Source: Methanomethylovorans hollandica DSM 15978 (lineage in GTDB: Archaea > Halobacteriota > Methanosarcinia > Methanosarcinales > Methanosarcinaceae). From it: a stretch of DNA of 64,000 nucleotides. The DNA lies in assembly GCF_000328665.1 (NCBI RefSeq), contig NC_019977.1, positions 496,001-560,000 on the forward strand, written 5' to 3'. Numbering within the stretch: position 1 is the stretch's first letter; every line of letters starts with the position of its first letter. The position numbers and the translations under genes are program-made. Of this stretch, positions 29,859-41,144 are shown in pieces. Below the pieces are notes generated by a model. It was not told the origin of the DNA and did not search any database. It saw only the letters and a program-made list of their open reading frames with translations.

Positions 29859-30734
29859 TCACGGTACTGATCTCTGCTTCGAGATTTTACAACGTCTTTC
29901 CACAATATCAAGCACTTTAGAGGAGTATTCATAAGCTTTTTCCGTTTCATCGGTTTTAGCATACAACGCTGCTAAAAGACCATACGAGTCGGTCAGTAAA
30001 CTGAGCAGATCCTCGTCCTCAGGCTCTTTTTCAAGGATGCCGGTGTATATTTCCTCCAATTTTCCATATACTTTCTTTGCTTCTTCGATGCTTTCTTTAA
30101 TTAGGCAGACTTTACCATACTGCTCTGCCATTTCATACAGCATTCTGGGAATATCTGGATCTTCGGGGTCTAATCTCATAATAGTCTCATATGCCATCAT
30201 GATGTCGGTTACAAGAGTGATCTGCATTTCAGGTTTACCAATCATTGTATAAAAGTTAATGATATTTTCCATAGTGTTTGAATAATTTGTTAAGTATTCA
30301 ATATCTTCCGGATTTTGGGCAATGAGCTTTGCATATACATCAGCTATCATCCCAAAGATTACTTCTTCTTTTTTAATTACACTCTCTACACCAGAAAAGC
30401 TATCCATTTCCTCAAGGATATTTACAATATTGTCAAGAGAATTTGTGAGAAGTCGCTGAGCATTAATGTCTTCTTGATTCTTTAAAAAAAGTTCAGATGC
30501 AATCGCAAAGGCTTTTTCATATGTATCTAAAGCTTCACTTGCTTGCTCATTTGCCTGAAACACATTCCCTTTTAGTAGCAAAGTTATGCATTCTAACTCA
30601 GGCTTATTTTTACCCTTTAATTTATCTTCCGCATTACTTAAAATTTTAAAAGCATGCTTGTAATTTTTCTTTTCAATTAGACTGGGAACAGATTGTACTG
30701 CCCGATCAACTGAATCTAAAACTTGCCTTGACAT
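29859..30734 (-). CDS. TPR-like helical repeat protein
   Basis: Helical repeats such as A..YEKA and P.D..Y; acidic. Confidence 0.7.
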   Translation of the reverse strand: MSRQVLDSVDRAVQSVPSLIEKKNYKHAFKILSNAEDKLKGKNKPELECITLLLKGNVFQANEQASEALDTYEKAFAIASELFLKNQEDINAQRLLTNSLDNIVNILEEMDSFSGVESVIKKEEVIFGMIADVYAKLIAQNPEDIEYLTNYSNTMENIINFYTMIGKPEMQITLVTDIMMAYETIMRLDPEDPDIPRMLYEMAEQYGKVCLIKESIEEAKKVYGKLEEIYTGILEKEPEDEDLLSLLTDSYGLLAALYAKTDETEKAYEYSSKVLDIVERRCKISKQRSVP

Positions 30735-30940
30735 AAGAGTAGATTGGAATTAATAATTATATACGTTGTTAGTTCTGTTTACTCCTTAATTCTTGAATTT
30801 TAAAGAAAGAGTCAAATATTCGTATATGTCACACGTGGCAATTTTAAAACTTGCCTGGAAATCCTCCTGACCGCAAGCCACTAATATCAATATTATGTTC
30901 CATCTACCAAAAAGTCCTTCCCCTTTTAAAAATGATCCCT

Positions 30941-31297
30941 ATGAAGTATCTTGTCCAGTTCGGTATTATTCTTGTTGTGTGCTTCCTGGGAGATCTCCTG
31001 CACAGCGCACTGGCTCTGCCCATACCAGGGAATGTGATGGGTATGCTGCTTTTGCTATTCTTCCTGCTGACAGGGATCATAAAGCTGCCTATGGTAGAGG
31101 ATGTTAGCAATTTCATGCTGAAGCATCTATCTTTCTTTTTCGTGCCCGCAGCAGTGGGACTCATCACCTGCTTTTCGATACTTGAAGGAAAATGGGCAGC
31201 TCTTACATTCATATCCGTTGTTTCCACTGTTATCACTGCAGCTACCACAGGTATCACTGTCCAGATACTTATGAGAAGGAGGCACTCCGGTGAATGA
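30941..31297 (+). CDS. CidA/LrgA-family protein
   Basis: LPIPGNVMGM and FFVPAAVG. Confidence 0.9.
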   Translation: MKYLVQFGIILVVCFLGDLLHSALALPIPGNVMGMLLLLFFLLTGIIKLPMVEDVSNFMLKHLSFFFVPAAVGLITCFSILEGKWAALTFISVVSTVITAATTGITVQILMRRRHSGE

Positions 31298-31997
31298 ATC
31301 AGCATTTACCGCTTTTGCAGGTTCGCCTCTGTTCGGCGTAGCCATATCCCTACTTACATTCCAGATCGGCAGCATGCTCTACAGAAGGACTGGATTGGTC
31401 GTCCTGAATCCTCTGGTACTGAGCATGCTAATGATCATTGCCTTTCTCGTGAGCTTCCAGATCAGTTTCGATGATTATAACAAAGGGGGACAGTTCATAT
31501 CCTTCTTCCTGGGTCCAGCGACAGTAATTCTGGCTGTGCCCCTGTATAAGAAGATTCACTTGCTGAAGGCTAACATCCTGCCCATCCTTGCAGGGATCAC
31601 CATCGGTTCTGTAACAGGTATTGTGAGTATAATTGGCATGTGCAGGATCTTCGGCCTTGACGAGCTGGTAAGCGTATCCATGATCCCCAAATCCATTACA
31701 ACACCCATTGGCATAGAGCTCTCGAACCAGCTTGGTGGCCTTCCGTCCATTACAGTAGCAGGCATAGTCTTTACGGGCATATCAGGCGTGCTGTTGGGTC
31801 CCATGATATGCAGACTGTTCAGAATAGATGACAGGATAGCAGTGGGAATTGCTATCGGCACATCATCCCATGCTCTGGGAACCACCAAGGCGGTCGAGTT
31901 GGGGGAGACAGAAGGAGCCATGAGCGGCCTTGCCATAGGTATCGCCGGCCTTATTACTGTCTTCCTCGCTCCTCTGATTGCGAAGATATTAATGTGA
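31290..31997 (+). CDS. LrgB/CidB-family protein
   Basis: FLGPATVILAVPLY, PKSITTPI, SHALGT. Confidence 0.92.
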   Translation: MNESAFTAFAGSPLFGVAISLLTFQIGSMLYRRTGLVVLNPLVLSMLMIIAFLVSFQISFDDYNKGGQFISFFLGPATVILAVPLYKKIHLLKANILPILAGITIGSVTGIVSIIGMCRIFGLDELVSVSMIPKSITTPIGIELSNQLGGLPSITVAGIVFTGISGVLLGPMICRLFRIDDRIAVGIAIGTSSHALGTTKAVELGETEGAMSGLAIGIAGLITVFLAPLIAKILM

Positions 31998-32047
31998 AGA
32001 GCTTACAGTACAGGTTTGTACAATGTGGTATGCTACAGTGATGAACT

Positions 32048-32758
32048 TTATTTTTCCATTGCTTTTTTTCTCATATCCTGCGGGAACTTTTCAATGGCAT
32101 ATCTCAAAGAAGTTCTTGGCATGACCTTTTTGTTTTTCATTATGTATTCGAATATCTCCTGTTGATGAGCCTTACCCGCTTCTTTGAGCATCCAGCCATA
32201 ACCTTTGCGCACAAGGTCATCTTCATCCATGAGCAAACTGTCCGCTATTTCCAGAACATCGTCCAGGAATTTGCCATTCCTTGCAGGCAATACAAGAGTT
32301 ACCGCTGCAGCTCTTCTGAACCATCTGTTCTCAGACCAGGTCCATTCTTTAACCCGTGGAAGGTACTGCGGATACGATTCTATAAAAAATGCAACCGAAT
32401 GATTGCATAATGTGTCACATTTCGCCCAGTTGTTAACATATTTTCCTATCCATCCTTCAAATATCTCAAAATCCTCTGGCTCGTAATACTCCCGCATACG
32501 ATAGACACATTCAAAAGCAATTGCCGATTCTTCTAACATATCTGATTCCAGCAGCTCTTCAGATAATGAAAAGATAGTCTGCTTTTGCTCGTTCTTGATC
32601 AGTTTGAAGTACTTGTCAGCTATCTTCAGGACAGTTGCTGCTTTTACACCATAGCAGTTTATATATTCCTTAAAAAAACGGGCAGACGTTTCTTTTGTTT
32701 TTTCATTTGCGTTGCGGGCCAGTTCCGCCCTTATTTCAGATATAAGGTCCTCATACAT
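32048..32758 (-). CDS. AlkD-like DNA alkylation repair protein
   Basis: NNWAKCD, W.RRAA, KGYGWMLKE, MPRT.LRYAIEK. Confidence 0.9.
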   Translation of the reverse strand: MYEDLISEIRAELARNANEKTKETSARFFKEYINCYGVKAATVLKIADKYFKLIKNEQKQTIFSLSEELLESDMLEESAIAFECVYRMREYYEPEDFEIFEGWIGKYVNNWAKCDTLCNHSVAFFIESYPQYLPRVKEWTWSENRWFRRAAAVTLVLPARNGKFLDDVLEIADSLLMDEDDLVRKGYGWMLKEAGKAHQQEIFEYIMKNKKVMPRTSLRYAIEKFPQDMRKKAMEK

Positions 32759-32847
32759 TTCTTATCAAACCTAGATTATTTTTTAAATAATGTAGAAAAG
32801 AGAGTACAAAATATATTAACTGTTTATGGGTTAACTGTTAGAGGGCT

Positions 32848-35079
32848 TTACTGATAAGCAGTTCCACCGCTCTCTACCTCTCTTTTTTCATCGGAATTAG
32901 CTGCATACTGTGCATAGGCTTCAGCTGCTTTTTCATAGAGGTTCATGCAGCTTCTGGAAGTTGTGGGCTTTATTCTGGCAATAGCTTTCCTGAAATGGGT
33001 CATGGAGATCCTGATCTCATTTGCTAGTACCTTCATTTCCTCTTTTGTCATACCTGGCAGGATCACCGATCTTAAGGCCAGCATGGACGCTTCCCTACAG
33101 ATAGCTTCGATATCCGCACCCACGTAGCCTTCTGTCATATCCGCAAGCAAATTAAGGTCCACATCCTCTGCGAGAGGTTTTCCCAGAATATGTATCTCAA
33201 ATATCTTTCTGCGGCCTTCTTTCTCAGGTGGTTTCACGTAGATGAGCCTGTCAAACCGTCCTGGGCGTAACAAGGCCGGATCGATGATGTCCGGCCTGTT
33301 GGTGGCAGCTATGACCACAACATCCTTCAGTTCTTCCACTCCATCTATTTCGGTGAGGATCTGGCTCACCACTCGCTCCGTCACATGTGCATCGGTACTG
33401 GCTCCCCTTTCTGGTGCCATGGCATCTATCTCATCGAAGAATATCACTGTAGGTGCAGCTTGCTTTGCTTTCCTGAAGGTTTCACGCACCGCTTTCTCGG
33501 ATTCTCCCACATATTTGCTCAATAGCTCGGGGCCTTTAATGCTGATGAAATTAGCTTCGCTCTCACTTGCAACTGCCTTTGCCAGCATGGTCTTACCAGT
33601 TCCAGGCGGCCCGAAAAGCAATATACCTCTGGGAGGTGTGGTATTGACAGCTTCGAACATCTCCGGGTATTTCAGAGGCCATTCCACCGCTTCGATGAGT
33701 TCCTGTTTTGCCGTTTCCAGTCCACCGATGTCGTCCCAGCGCACGTGGGCGACCTCTACGAACACCTCCCTCATGGCTGAAGGCTCTATGTTCTTGAAAG
33801 CTGAATCAAAATCAGCTCTTGTGACCACAAGGCTATCCATGACCTCCTGAGGTATATCATCCTCAATGCGCATCTCAGGCAGCATCCTGCGCAGAGCGTG
33901 CATGGCTGCTTCCTTACACAGGGATGAGAGGTCCGCTCCCACATAACCATGTGTCACCGCTGCTATCTGTTCCAGGTCAATGTCATTTTCAATGGGCATT
34001 CCTCTTGTATGCACGTACAGGATCTGCAGCCTGCCATTACGGTCAGGGATGCCTACTTCGATCTCCCTGTCAAATCTGCCGCCTCTGCGCAGTGCAGGGT
34101 CTATGGAGTTGGGACGGTTGGTTGCAGCTATAACGATGACTCTTCCCCGGGATCTCAGACCATCCATGAGTGATAGCAGCTGGGCCACAACCCTGCGTTC
34201 TACCTCTCCCATCACTTCATCTCTTTTTGGGGCAATAGAATCTATCTCGTCGATGAATATTATTGAAGGGGCATCCTTCTTTGCATCCTCGAACATCTGA
34301 CGGAGCTTCTGTTCACTTTCTCCATAATATTTAGATACGATCTCAGGACCGCTGATGGATATGAAATTAGCATCTGTTTCACTGGCAACTGCCCTGGCTA
34401 TCATGGTCTTGCCAGTGCCTGGCTGGCCATACAGCAGCACACCTTTCGGAGGATCTATGCCAAGTTTCTGGAATATTTCAGGATGTTTCAGGGGAAGTTC
34501 TATCATCTCCCTTACCATTCCCAGCTCGCGTTTGAGGCCGCCTATGTCCTCATATGTTATGTGATCTCTGGTCGTAGCTTCTTCAAGAGGCTTTTCCCGA
34601 AGCACTATCTGAGTGTTACGGGTAACTATCACAGGCCCCGGAGGTTTGGTGGCCAGCACGGCAAATGTAAGAGGATTGTTTACGGTCTCTACTCGAACCC
34701 TTTCTCCTTTAGAGAGTGGTCTGCCCTCTATTATCCTCAGGATAAAACGAGATCCTCCTACAAGCTGGACTGGCTGGGTGGGCGCAAGTGTGACACTTTC
34801 AGCTTCATGTGCTGATATCTTTGTTATGGTTACCTGATCGTCCAGACCAATCCTCGCATTGTATCGCAGATTGCCATCTATACGGACTATTCCCTTACCG
34901 GTATCATCAACATAACCCGGCCAGACGATAGCGTAGCATTTATCCTTCCCCCTTATTTCTATGATATCCCCGCTTGTAGTTCCCAATCGTTGCATCAGAT
35001 CTTTTTCCAGACGAGCAATGCCTCTGCCTGCATCCCTGGGATATGCCTGTGCCACCTGTACGATGATCTCTTCGGACAT
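32848..35079 (-). CDS. cdc48: CDC48/VAT AAA ATPase
   Basis: N-domain plus two AAA modules (GQPGTGKT and [23 protein letters not shown]). Confidence 0.95.
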   Translation of the reverse strand: MSEEIIVQVAQAYPRDAGRGIARLEKDLMQRLGTTSGDIIEIRGKDKCYAIVWPGYVDDTGKGIVRIDGNLRYNARIGLDDQVTITKISAHEAESVTLAPTQPVQLVGGSRFILRIIEGRPLSKGERVRVETVNNPLTFAVLATKPPGPVIVTRNTQIVLREKPLEEATTRDHITYEDIGGLKRELGMVREMIELPLKHPEIFQKLGIDPPKGVLLYGQPGTGKTMIARAVASETDANFISISGPEIVSKYYGESEQKLRQMFEDAKKDAPSIIFIDEIDSIAPKRDEVMGEVERRVVAQLLSLMDGLRSRGRVIVIAATNRPNSIDPALRRGGRFDREIEVGIPDRNGRLQILYVHTRGMPIENDIDLEQIAAVTHGYVGADLSSLCKEAAMHALRRMLPEMRIEDDIPQEVMDSLVVTRADFDSAFKNIEPSAMREVFVEVAHVRWDDIGGLETAKQELIEAVEWPLKYPEMFEAVNTTPPRGILLFGPPGTGKTMLAKAVASESEANFISIKGPELLSKYVGESEKAVRETFRKAKQAAPTVIFFDEIDAMAPERGASTDAHVTERVVSQILTEIDGVEELKDVVVIAATNRPDIIDPALLRPGRFDRLIYVKPPEKEGRRKIFEIHILGKPLAEDVDLNLLADMTEGYVGADIEAICREASMLALRSVILPGMTKEEMKVLANEIRISMTHFRKAIARIKPTTSRSCMNLYEKAAEAYAQYAANSDEKREVESGGTAYQ

Positions 35080-35171
35080 TTTTGAACCGCCAGTTTAAGG
35101 ACTAGTGTCTGTGAACTACCCCGCCCTGCTTTCTTCGAAAGCGAGGACGGAGCTTCCTTCGAGTACTTCTT

Positions 35172-36422
35172 TCATTTGGCTTCGATTCTGTGAATCTCAA
35201 TTCCATCGAGAAGCCTGTAGTGTCGAAGGTTACCAACAAATTGTTGATAGCCTGTCCACAAGGCATTTTGTGATAGGAAACGTTTCATGATATTGATAGC
35301 ACTATTGCGATCTCTATCCATTACGTTACCACAATCACATACCATATTTCTTTTCGAAAGAGGCATATCATGTAATTTTCCACAATTATGACATGCTTTC
35401 GAAGTATAACTCTCATCGATTCTTATTATTTTCTTACCTCTAAGCTCTGCTTTGTAGGTCAAGAATCCGATGAATCTTGATAGATAACCCTGATTTTGAG
35501 TAGATCTGTTTATAGATCGTTTCTTTTTACCAGTCACTTTTTTAGATTGTGCCATGTTTTTCACATTGAGATCGCCAACAATTATAGTATTAGCTTTGGT
35601 ATTTTCAATCATCTTTTTAGAAAGCCTGTGTTGGAAATCTTTTATCTGATGTGATTTTTTTGCTTCCATTTTTTGATATCTATTATGTAACCGGTTCCAT
35701 CGTTTACTGTCTTTTTTACAGTGATCTCTTCTAGACTTTATCGAATCGATTTTAGCATTCCAGTATTGATCGGAACGCGGTGTTTTAATCTCAAAGAATT
35801 TTCCTTGAGTATTCACGGCTGTCACTATTTTTGTTATTCCAAGATCTATGGCTTGATACAATCCATTATCAACATATTCTTTTTCGGGTGGGATTTCATA
35901 AGTTACAGAAACAAAAAACTCACCCCTTGCTTTGTATGGATCATCGTTGTAGATTTCTATCTGTTTGATTGGCAACAAATCAATAGCTGCTCCTATTTCG
36001 AATGCTAATGGGATTTTATTTACTTTATGCGAAAAACTGAGTTTACCATCCTTAGTTTTAAATCCACTTTGATTGTAAACCAATGTCATAAGATACTTCC
36101 TGCTTCGGAACTTTGGCGGTCTTGCAGACTTATCACCCTTCTTGCACAAAGCAAAGAATGATTTATAGTTAGCATCGAGCTTTTTTATAGTGGATTGTAG
36201 CACTTTAGAATAGACCATATTATACTGAGAATATTGTTTTTTAAGTTCAGGAAGCTGGTTCTGTTGTTCTACATATTTTACACTTCTATGTTCTTCCTTC
36301 CACTTTTCTCGTCTTTCAGCTAATGCGAAGTTGTAGACAAGTCTACACTTTTCGGACAATTTCCAAAGAACATCAACTTGTTCCTCAGTTGGATGTATTT
36401 TGATCTTCTTCGTCAGTTGCAT
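35172..36422 (-). CDS. tnpB: TnpB RNA-guided endonuclease
   Basis: HTH N-terminus, AIDLG, VGDL, YTSKAC..C...C.CG...DRD.N.A.NI. Confidence 0.93.
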   Translation of the reverse strand: MQLTKKIKIHPTEEQVDVLWKLSEKCRLVYNFALAERREKWKEEHRSVKYVEQQNQLPELKKQYSQYNMVYSKVLQSTIKKLDANYKSFFALCKKGDKSARPPKFRSRKYLMTLVYNQSGFKTKDGKLSFSHKVNKIPLAFEIGAAIDLLPIKQIEIYNDDPYKARGEFFVSVTYEIPPEKEYVDNGLYQAIDLGITKIVTAVNTQGKFFEIKTPRSDQYWNAKIDSIKSRRDHCKKDSKRWNRLHNRYQKMEAKKSHQIKDFQHRLSKKMIENTKANTIIVGDLNVKNMAQSKKVTGKKKRSINRSTQNQGYLSRFIGFLTYKAELRGKKIIRIDESYTSKACHNCGKLHDMPLSKRNMVCDCGNVMDRDRNSAINIMKRFLSQNALWTGYQQFVGNLRHYRLLDGIEIHRIEAK

Positions 36423-36825
36423 GTTTCCCTTGATTGTCTACATATTGTTTAAGTACGTCCAGTGTAACTTGGCCAGTTGTTGCTATGAAATAAGATCTTG
36501 ACCAAAATGTATCTTTCCATAGCATTGTTTTTATGCCTGGGTAATTCTTTCTGATCTCTCTCGATGTAATGGTTTTGATTGTATTGATGTATTTAGGTAA
36601 ATTCAGAGTTGGTTTTGTGGTAAACAATAAATGGAAGTGATCTTTGTCACATTCGATGTTAACAATGTCTACCTCAAAGGTATCACTTATTTGACGTATT
36701 TTCATCTTTAGGAAGTCTACGATATTTTGATTGTCAAGAACTTTTCTTCGATATTTGACACATTGCACAAAATGATAGTGCAGTGAGTATACAGAATGAC
36801 TTGCTTTATCGAGATCATACAGCAT
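36385..36825 (-). CDS. tnpA: Y1 HUH transposase TnpA
   Basis: YHFV.CVKYR, DHFHLL, FWSRSYF, QYV.NQ. Confidence 0.93.
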   Translation of the reverse strand: MLYDLDKASHSVYSLHYHFVQCVKYRRKVLDNQNIVDFLKMKIRQISDTFEVDIVNIECDKDHFHLLFTTKPTLNLPKYINTIKTITSREIRKNYPGIKTMLWKDTFWSRSYFIATTGQVTLDVLKQYVDNQGKHATDEEDQNTSN

Positions 36826-37210
36826 AGTTATCAATTATAATATGTAACTATGATTGCAAATACTTATTTGTGTTATGTTGCAGTAGGCACGCATTCATCT
36901 CCCACCTGCCAGTTTACGACTGGCGAGGAAGGAGACTTCTGCTGTAGAAGTTAAAGAGAAATATGCTATTCGAGTTAATATTCATAAAGTAAGTATTCAT
37001 ATTCAAAATAATAGGTCAACATTTAAAACATTATATGGTAAACGCTTTTTATGCCACTATCCACTGTTTATCTATATTTGGCTGTTTTGTTTTCTTTAGC
37101 ACTGCTTAACGCAGAACAAAAAGTTTATATGGCATTGCTCAGTACACAATCGTACATTATAGCTTAAATAAGAACATTATCTCAAATAGAGATTTAAGAC
37201 AGGAATCAAA

Positions 37211-38506
37211 ATGTGTGCAGACCTAATGCAATGTGATATTTGGAAAGATTATACAGCGCCTTCTCCGGAGAAGCAGCTTCAGAAATTCCGGTCCCTGCTG
37301 GAATATGTTGCGGCTAACAGTCCTTTCTACAAACAGAAGTTCTCAAAAGAAAATGTAGACATAGGAGCCATTAAAAGTCTTGAAGATATCGGCACCCTTC
37401 CTTTTACATACAAGGAAGAACTGAGGGAGGGCTATCCCCTTGGTCTGCAGGCAGCGCCTGAAGAGAAAGTGGTGCGCATTCATTCCTCCTCCGGAACTAC
37501 AGGTAAACCGGTTATTATTCCCTACACACAAAAAGATGTGGATCACTGGGCAGATATGATGAAAAGGTGCTATGAACTTGCAGGTATGACTAATAAGGAC
37601 AGGATACAGATCACTCCCGGTTACGGTCTGTGGACCGCAGGCATTGGTTTTCAGCTTGGTGCTGAAAAGCTGGGTGGCATGGCAGTACCTATGGGTCCGG
37701 GAAATACTGAAAAACAATTGCAGATGCTCATGGATCTACATTGTACTGCTATTGCAAGCACTTCTTCCTATGCCCTGCTGCTGGCAGAGGAAATTAATAG
37801 AAGGGGCATAAGAGATAAAATCCATCTTAAGAAAGGTATCATAGGTTCAGAAAGGTGGAGCCGGAAGATGCGTGTCCGCATTGAGGAAGAGCTGGGTCTG
37901 GAAAGCTTTGATATATATGGCCTGACGGAAATATACGGTCCCGGCATTGCACAGGACTGTCACCTGCATGATGGTCTGCATTACTGGTCAGACCTTTTAT
38001 ACTTTGAGATAATCGATCCTGTAACAGGTGAAATACTACCGGATGGAGAGATGGGTGAACTTGTTGTGACAACCCTGTCAAAGGAAGGTGCTCCTCTTAT
38101 ACGTTACAGGACAAGGGACCTTACACGTATAATTCCGGGACACTGTACTTGCGGATGTCCTTTTCCCCGCATTGACAGAATATTAGGTCGTACAGATGAC
38201 AGGATCAAATTAAAAGGGGTTAATGTCTACCCTGGACAGATCGAAGACATTACTCACAGACTGGATGGTGTCAGCAGCGAGTACCAGCTCCTGCTGTCCC
38301 GCGATGGTGGCAAGGAATCCATGCTTTTCCGTGTGGAGGTGGATAATGCCCAGGACCCTTGCTGCAGGCAGACAAAAGAAAAAGCCATCAGAAAAGCTTT
38401 TCGTGATCTCATTGGTATCTCCGTAGATGTGGAATGTCTGAACATCGGAGATCTGCCGCGCAGTGAGAAAAAAAGTAAACGGGTGATAGATACAAGGGAT
38501 GTATAG
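37211..38506 (+). CDS. Phenylacetate-CoA ligase family (PaaK-like)
   Basis: HSSSGTTGKP, YGLTE.YGPG, IRYRTRD, GRTDD...GVNVYP. Confidence 0.9.
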   Translation: MCADLMQCDIWKDYTAPSPEKQLQKFRSLLEYVAANSPFYKQKFSKENVDIGAIKSLEDIGTLPFTYKEELREGYPLGLQAAPEEKVVRIHSSSGTTGKPVIIPYTQKDVDHWADMMKRCYELAGMTNKDRIQITPGYGLWTAGIGFQLGAEKLGGMAVPMGPGNTEKQLQMLMDLHCTAIASTSSYALLLAEEINRRGIRDKIHLKKGIIGSERWSRKMRVRIEEELGLESFDIYGLTEIYGPGIAQDCHLHDGLHYWSDLLYFEIIDPVTGEILPDGEMGELVVTTLSKEGAPLIRYRTRDLTRIIPGHCTCGCPFPRIDRILGRTDDRIKLKGVNVYPGQIEDITHRLDGVSSEYQLLLSRDGGKESMLFRVEVDNAQDPCCRQTKEKAIRKAFRDLIGISVDVECLNIGDLPRSEKKSKRVIDTRDV

Positions 38507-38697
38507 TTTTTTAAGGATATAGATTTGATCAGATCCGGCAAATTTTTTTGTTCTCAATATCGGTATATATTCATCCCGCTCTACAAAATTTGCCCCCCTC
38601 CCGTTTAACGGAAGCGGACAGACAATTGGATGTTTGCACTGGGATCTTAAGCTGAAAAAGATGCATTAGAAAGATGAGCTATGAGTGCTCAAAAACC

Positions 38698-38823
38698 TCA
38701 GACCTTTGATGAGGTGCTGGTTTCCAGGCACTGGATAGTACAGTACATCTTGTCACGTGCACACTTACGCAAAACATGCATCTTGCGGCCACACTTCTGA
38801 CAGTTTACAGTTACATATTCCAT
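38698..38823 (-). CDS. 41-aa zinc-finger microprotein MEYVTVNCQKCGRKMHVLRKCARDKMYCTIQCLETSTSSKV
   Basis: GGAGA RBS; CxxCG...YCxxxC; below the ORF-track cut-off. Confidence 0.75.
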   Translation of the reverse strand: MEYVTVNCQKCGRKMHVLRKCARDKMYCTIQCLETSTSSKV

Positions 38824-39096
38824 ATCTTTTTCTCCATTTGCGCTTTATTTCCAGTAATCGGGCACACGTTTTGATCTTTTGGATATTTGAAGCCTATGAC
38901 TTCACGGTTGATCCACACTTTTTTTCTGTTGTTCTTATTATGTACCTTTTATGAATTGGTATATTAATATTTCTATAGTTTTATATATAATTGTTTTTGT
39001 TATGATGAGTTGTGCTTGTACCTATAAAGAGTGGTGTGCAGGCAGACGCCTGCGTGTACCTGTATATACTCAGTCTGTTGAATTCACAAACCTTCT

Positions 39097-39969
39097 TTAT
39101 CGTACTATTTTTGAAATGTCCATTTCTAGGATATCTTCAGCACCAAGTGCCTTGAGCCTGGGGATCAGCAGGTTAACTTCGTTCTTACTGACAACGGTCT
39201 CTACTGCATAGTAATCGGATTTATACAACTGAGAAACTGTAGGTCTCTTCATGGATGGGAGGAAATCGATGATCGCATCCAGTTTATCACATGGGACGTT
39301 CATATCAAGGAGCACTTTTCCCCGTGCTTCTATGACAGAGAGCAGTAAAGTCCTGATTTCCTCTATCTCCCGTCTTTTAAGAGGGTCTTGCCAGCTTTTC
39401 TTGTTAGCTATGAGCTTTGTAGAGGATTCCATAATCTGATCAACTATCTTAAGCCCATTCCTGCGTAAGGTGGAACCTGTTTCCGTGAGATCGACCACCA
39501 CGTCCATGAGGTCAGGTACCTTTGCTTCTGTGGCACCATAGGAAAAATGGATCTCCACAGGGATGTTCAGATCATCAAAGAACTTCTGTGTCATTTTCGG
39601 ATATTCAGTAGAGACTCTGCTACCCGGTTTAATGTCCTTTGCACTCCGTATGTCACTTTCCTGAGGTACTGCTATGACTATCTTGACATTGCCTGAACCC
39701 TGTTTACTATAGGGCAGATCAGCAACTTCCACAACATCAGAGCTGGATTCTGTTACCCAGTCAAGCCCTGAGATACCCAGATCAAAGTATCCATCATGTA
39801 CATAGCGCGGGATTTCCTGTGGGCGCAGGATCTTGACCTTTTTTATCCTGGGGTCATTGATGGTAGGATTGTATTGCCTGTCAGTCTTCTTTATTTCAAG
39901 GTCTGCCTGCTTAAAGAGCAGAAGTGTCTGTTCTTCCAGACTACCTTTTGGAATAGCTATTTCGATCAA
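39097..39969 (-). CDS. hisG: ATP phosphoribosyltransferase, long form
   Basis: IAIPKGSL, RPQEIP.YV, DLGISG.D, GATE, D..ETGSTL, C-terminal regulatory domain. Confidence 0.95.
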   Translation of the reverse strand: MIEIAIPKGSLEEQTLLLFKQADLEIKKTDRQYNPTINDPRIKKVKILRPQEIPRYVHDGYFDLGISGLDWVTESSSDVVEVADLPYSKQGSGNVKIVIAVPQESDIRSAKDIKPGSRVSTEYPKMTQKFFDDLNIPVEIHFSYGATEAKVPDLMDVVVDLTETGSTLRRNGLKIVDQIMESSTKLIANKKSWQDPLKRREIEEIRTLLLSVIEARGKVLLDMNVPCDKLDAIIDFLPSMKRPTVSQLYKSDYYAVETVVSKNEVNLLIPRLKALGAEDILEMDISKIVR

Positions 39970-40150
39970 TGTGCCAACCTTTCCGTATGTTTCGGTTTAA
40001 TATGGCATGCAATTATTATCTGGGGTATAAAGCATATTCGATTGGAAAAAAGCAAAATGATTTATCTGTGTTAGAATTTATGTTGGGTCCCATTCAATTG
40101 CACTGAAGACAGACAATTGGTTTATATACACCCTATTCAATGAAGAAAGC

Positions 40151-40702
40151 ATGATAGAGGACATTCTCATACCTTTTCTGCTAGTGGGCCTTGCAGAGCT
40201 TGGGGATAAAACACAGCTCGCTGTCCTTGTGCTGTCCACAAAGACAAAGCAGTATGGTCCCCTGCTTTCCGGGGTTATGCTTGCTTTTGTGCTGACCGAT
40301 GGCATAGCTATTGTCCTTGGCGATTTTATCGCTTCTGTTGTACCCCTGGATTATGTGAAACTATTTGCAGGTCTCCTTTTTGTGATATTTGGTATCCTGA
40401 TGCTTTACAACAGGAATAAGGATGAGGATGAAGGATCATATGAACTGAAAAGTCCTTTTGTATCGGGTTTTTCCCTGATACTTGTTTCTGAGATGGGTGA
40501 TAAAACACAGTTAGCTGCGGCTCTGTTTGCTACCCAGTATGATCCCGTGATGGTATTTATAGGTGTGATCCTTGCTTTGTTGCTATTGTCTGCAATGGCT
40601 ATCTATGTTGGCAAGAAGCTTATGGAAAAGATCAATAAGCATACTATTTCCACAGCTGCTGGGATTCTTTTCATTCTGATAGGGATCACTTTCTTTTTCT
40701 GA
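40151..40702 (+). CDS. GDT1/TMEM165 (UPF0016) Mn2+/Ca2+ antiporter
   Basis: Two ExGDKTQ motifs. Confidence 0.92.
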   Translation: MIEDILIPFLLVGLAELGDKTQLAVLVLSTKTKQYGPLLSGVMLAFVLTDGIAIVLGDFIASVVPLDYVKLFAGLLFVIFGILMLYNRNKDEDEGSYELKSPFVSGFSLILVSEMGDKTQLAAALFATQYDPVMVFIGVILALLLLSAMAIYVGKKLMEKINKHTISTAAGILFILIGITFFF

Positions 40703-40774
40703 GTTCAAATAAAAGGCTGTTCATTCTTAAGCCTTAATTACTATGAACTCTTATCTTTCTGAGAAGGGAGTACT

Positions 40775-40999
40775 ATGGCCAAACTACAGATCATGAAATG
40801 CAGGGACCTTGGATTCAATGATGATTTCATTGTTATAGAACAAGATCGCGAAATCGCAAAGAAGAAGATGATGGATCACATATTGGAGAAGCATAAGGCA
40901 GAGTTTGAAATCCTGTCTGAAATGCACCAGGAAGAGATCCGTGCAAAAATGGATTTTCTGCTGACGCGAGGTTGTGGCTGCGGGGTCAAAGAGCTCTGA
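40775..40999 (+). CDS. DUF1059-like small metal-binding protein
   Basis: CRDLG..DDF....DH...KH; C-terminal GCGCG. Confidence 0.75.
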   Translation: MAKLQIMKCRDLGFNDDFIVIEQDREIAKKKMMDHILEKHKAEFEILSEMHQEEIRAKMDFLLTRGCGCGVKEL

Positions 41000-41144
41000 T
41001 GTTGTTGGGTTCAGCAAATAAACCTCTTTATCTGGACATCATTGAACATGATCCAGTTTCTTAAATAAAGGTTTCTCAGTTCATTTTTTTAAAATTTTTG
41101 CCTGTCTTCATTACATTTATATCCGATGTAGCTTTCTATGTATC

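Larger units (their letters stand above)
35111..36950 (-). mobile_element. IS200/IS605-family element (tnpA + tnpB)
   Basis: Subterminal hairpins at both ends; right end ...GGGGTAGTTCAC; left end preceded by TTTAA; no TSD. Confidence 0.88.
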
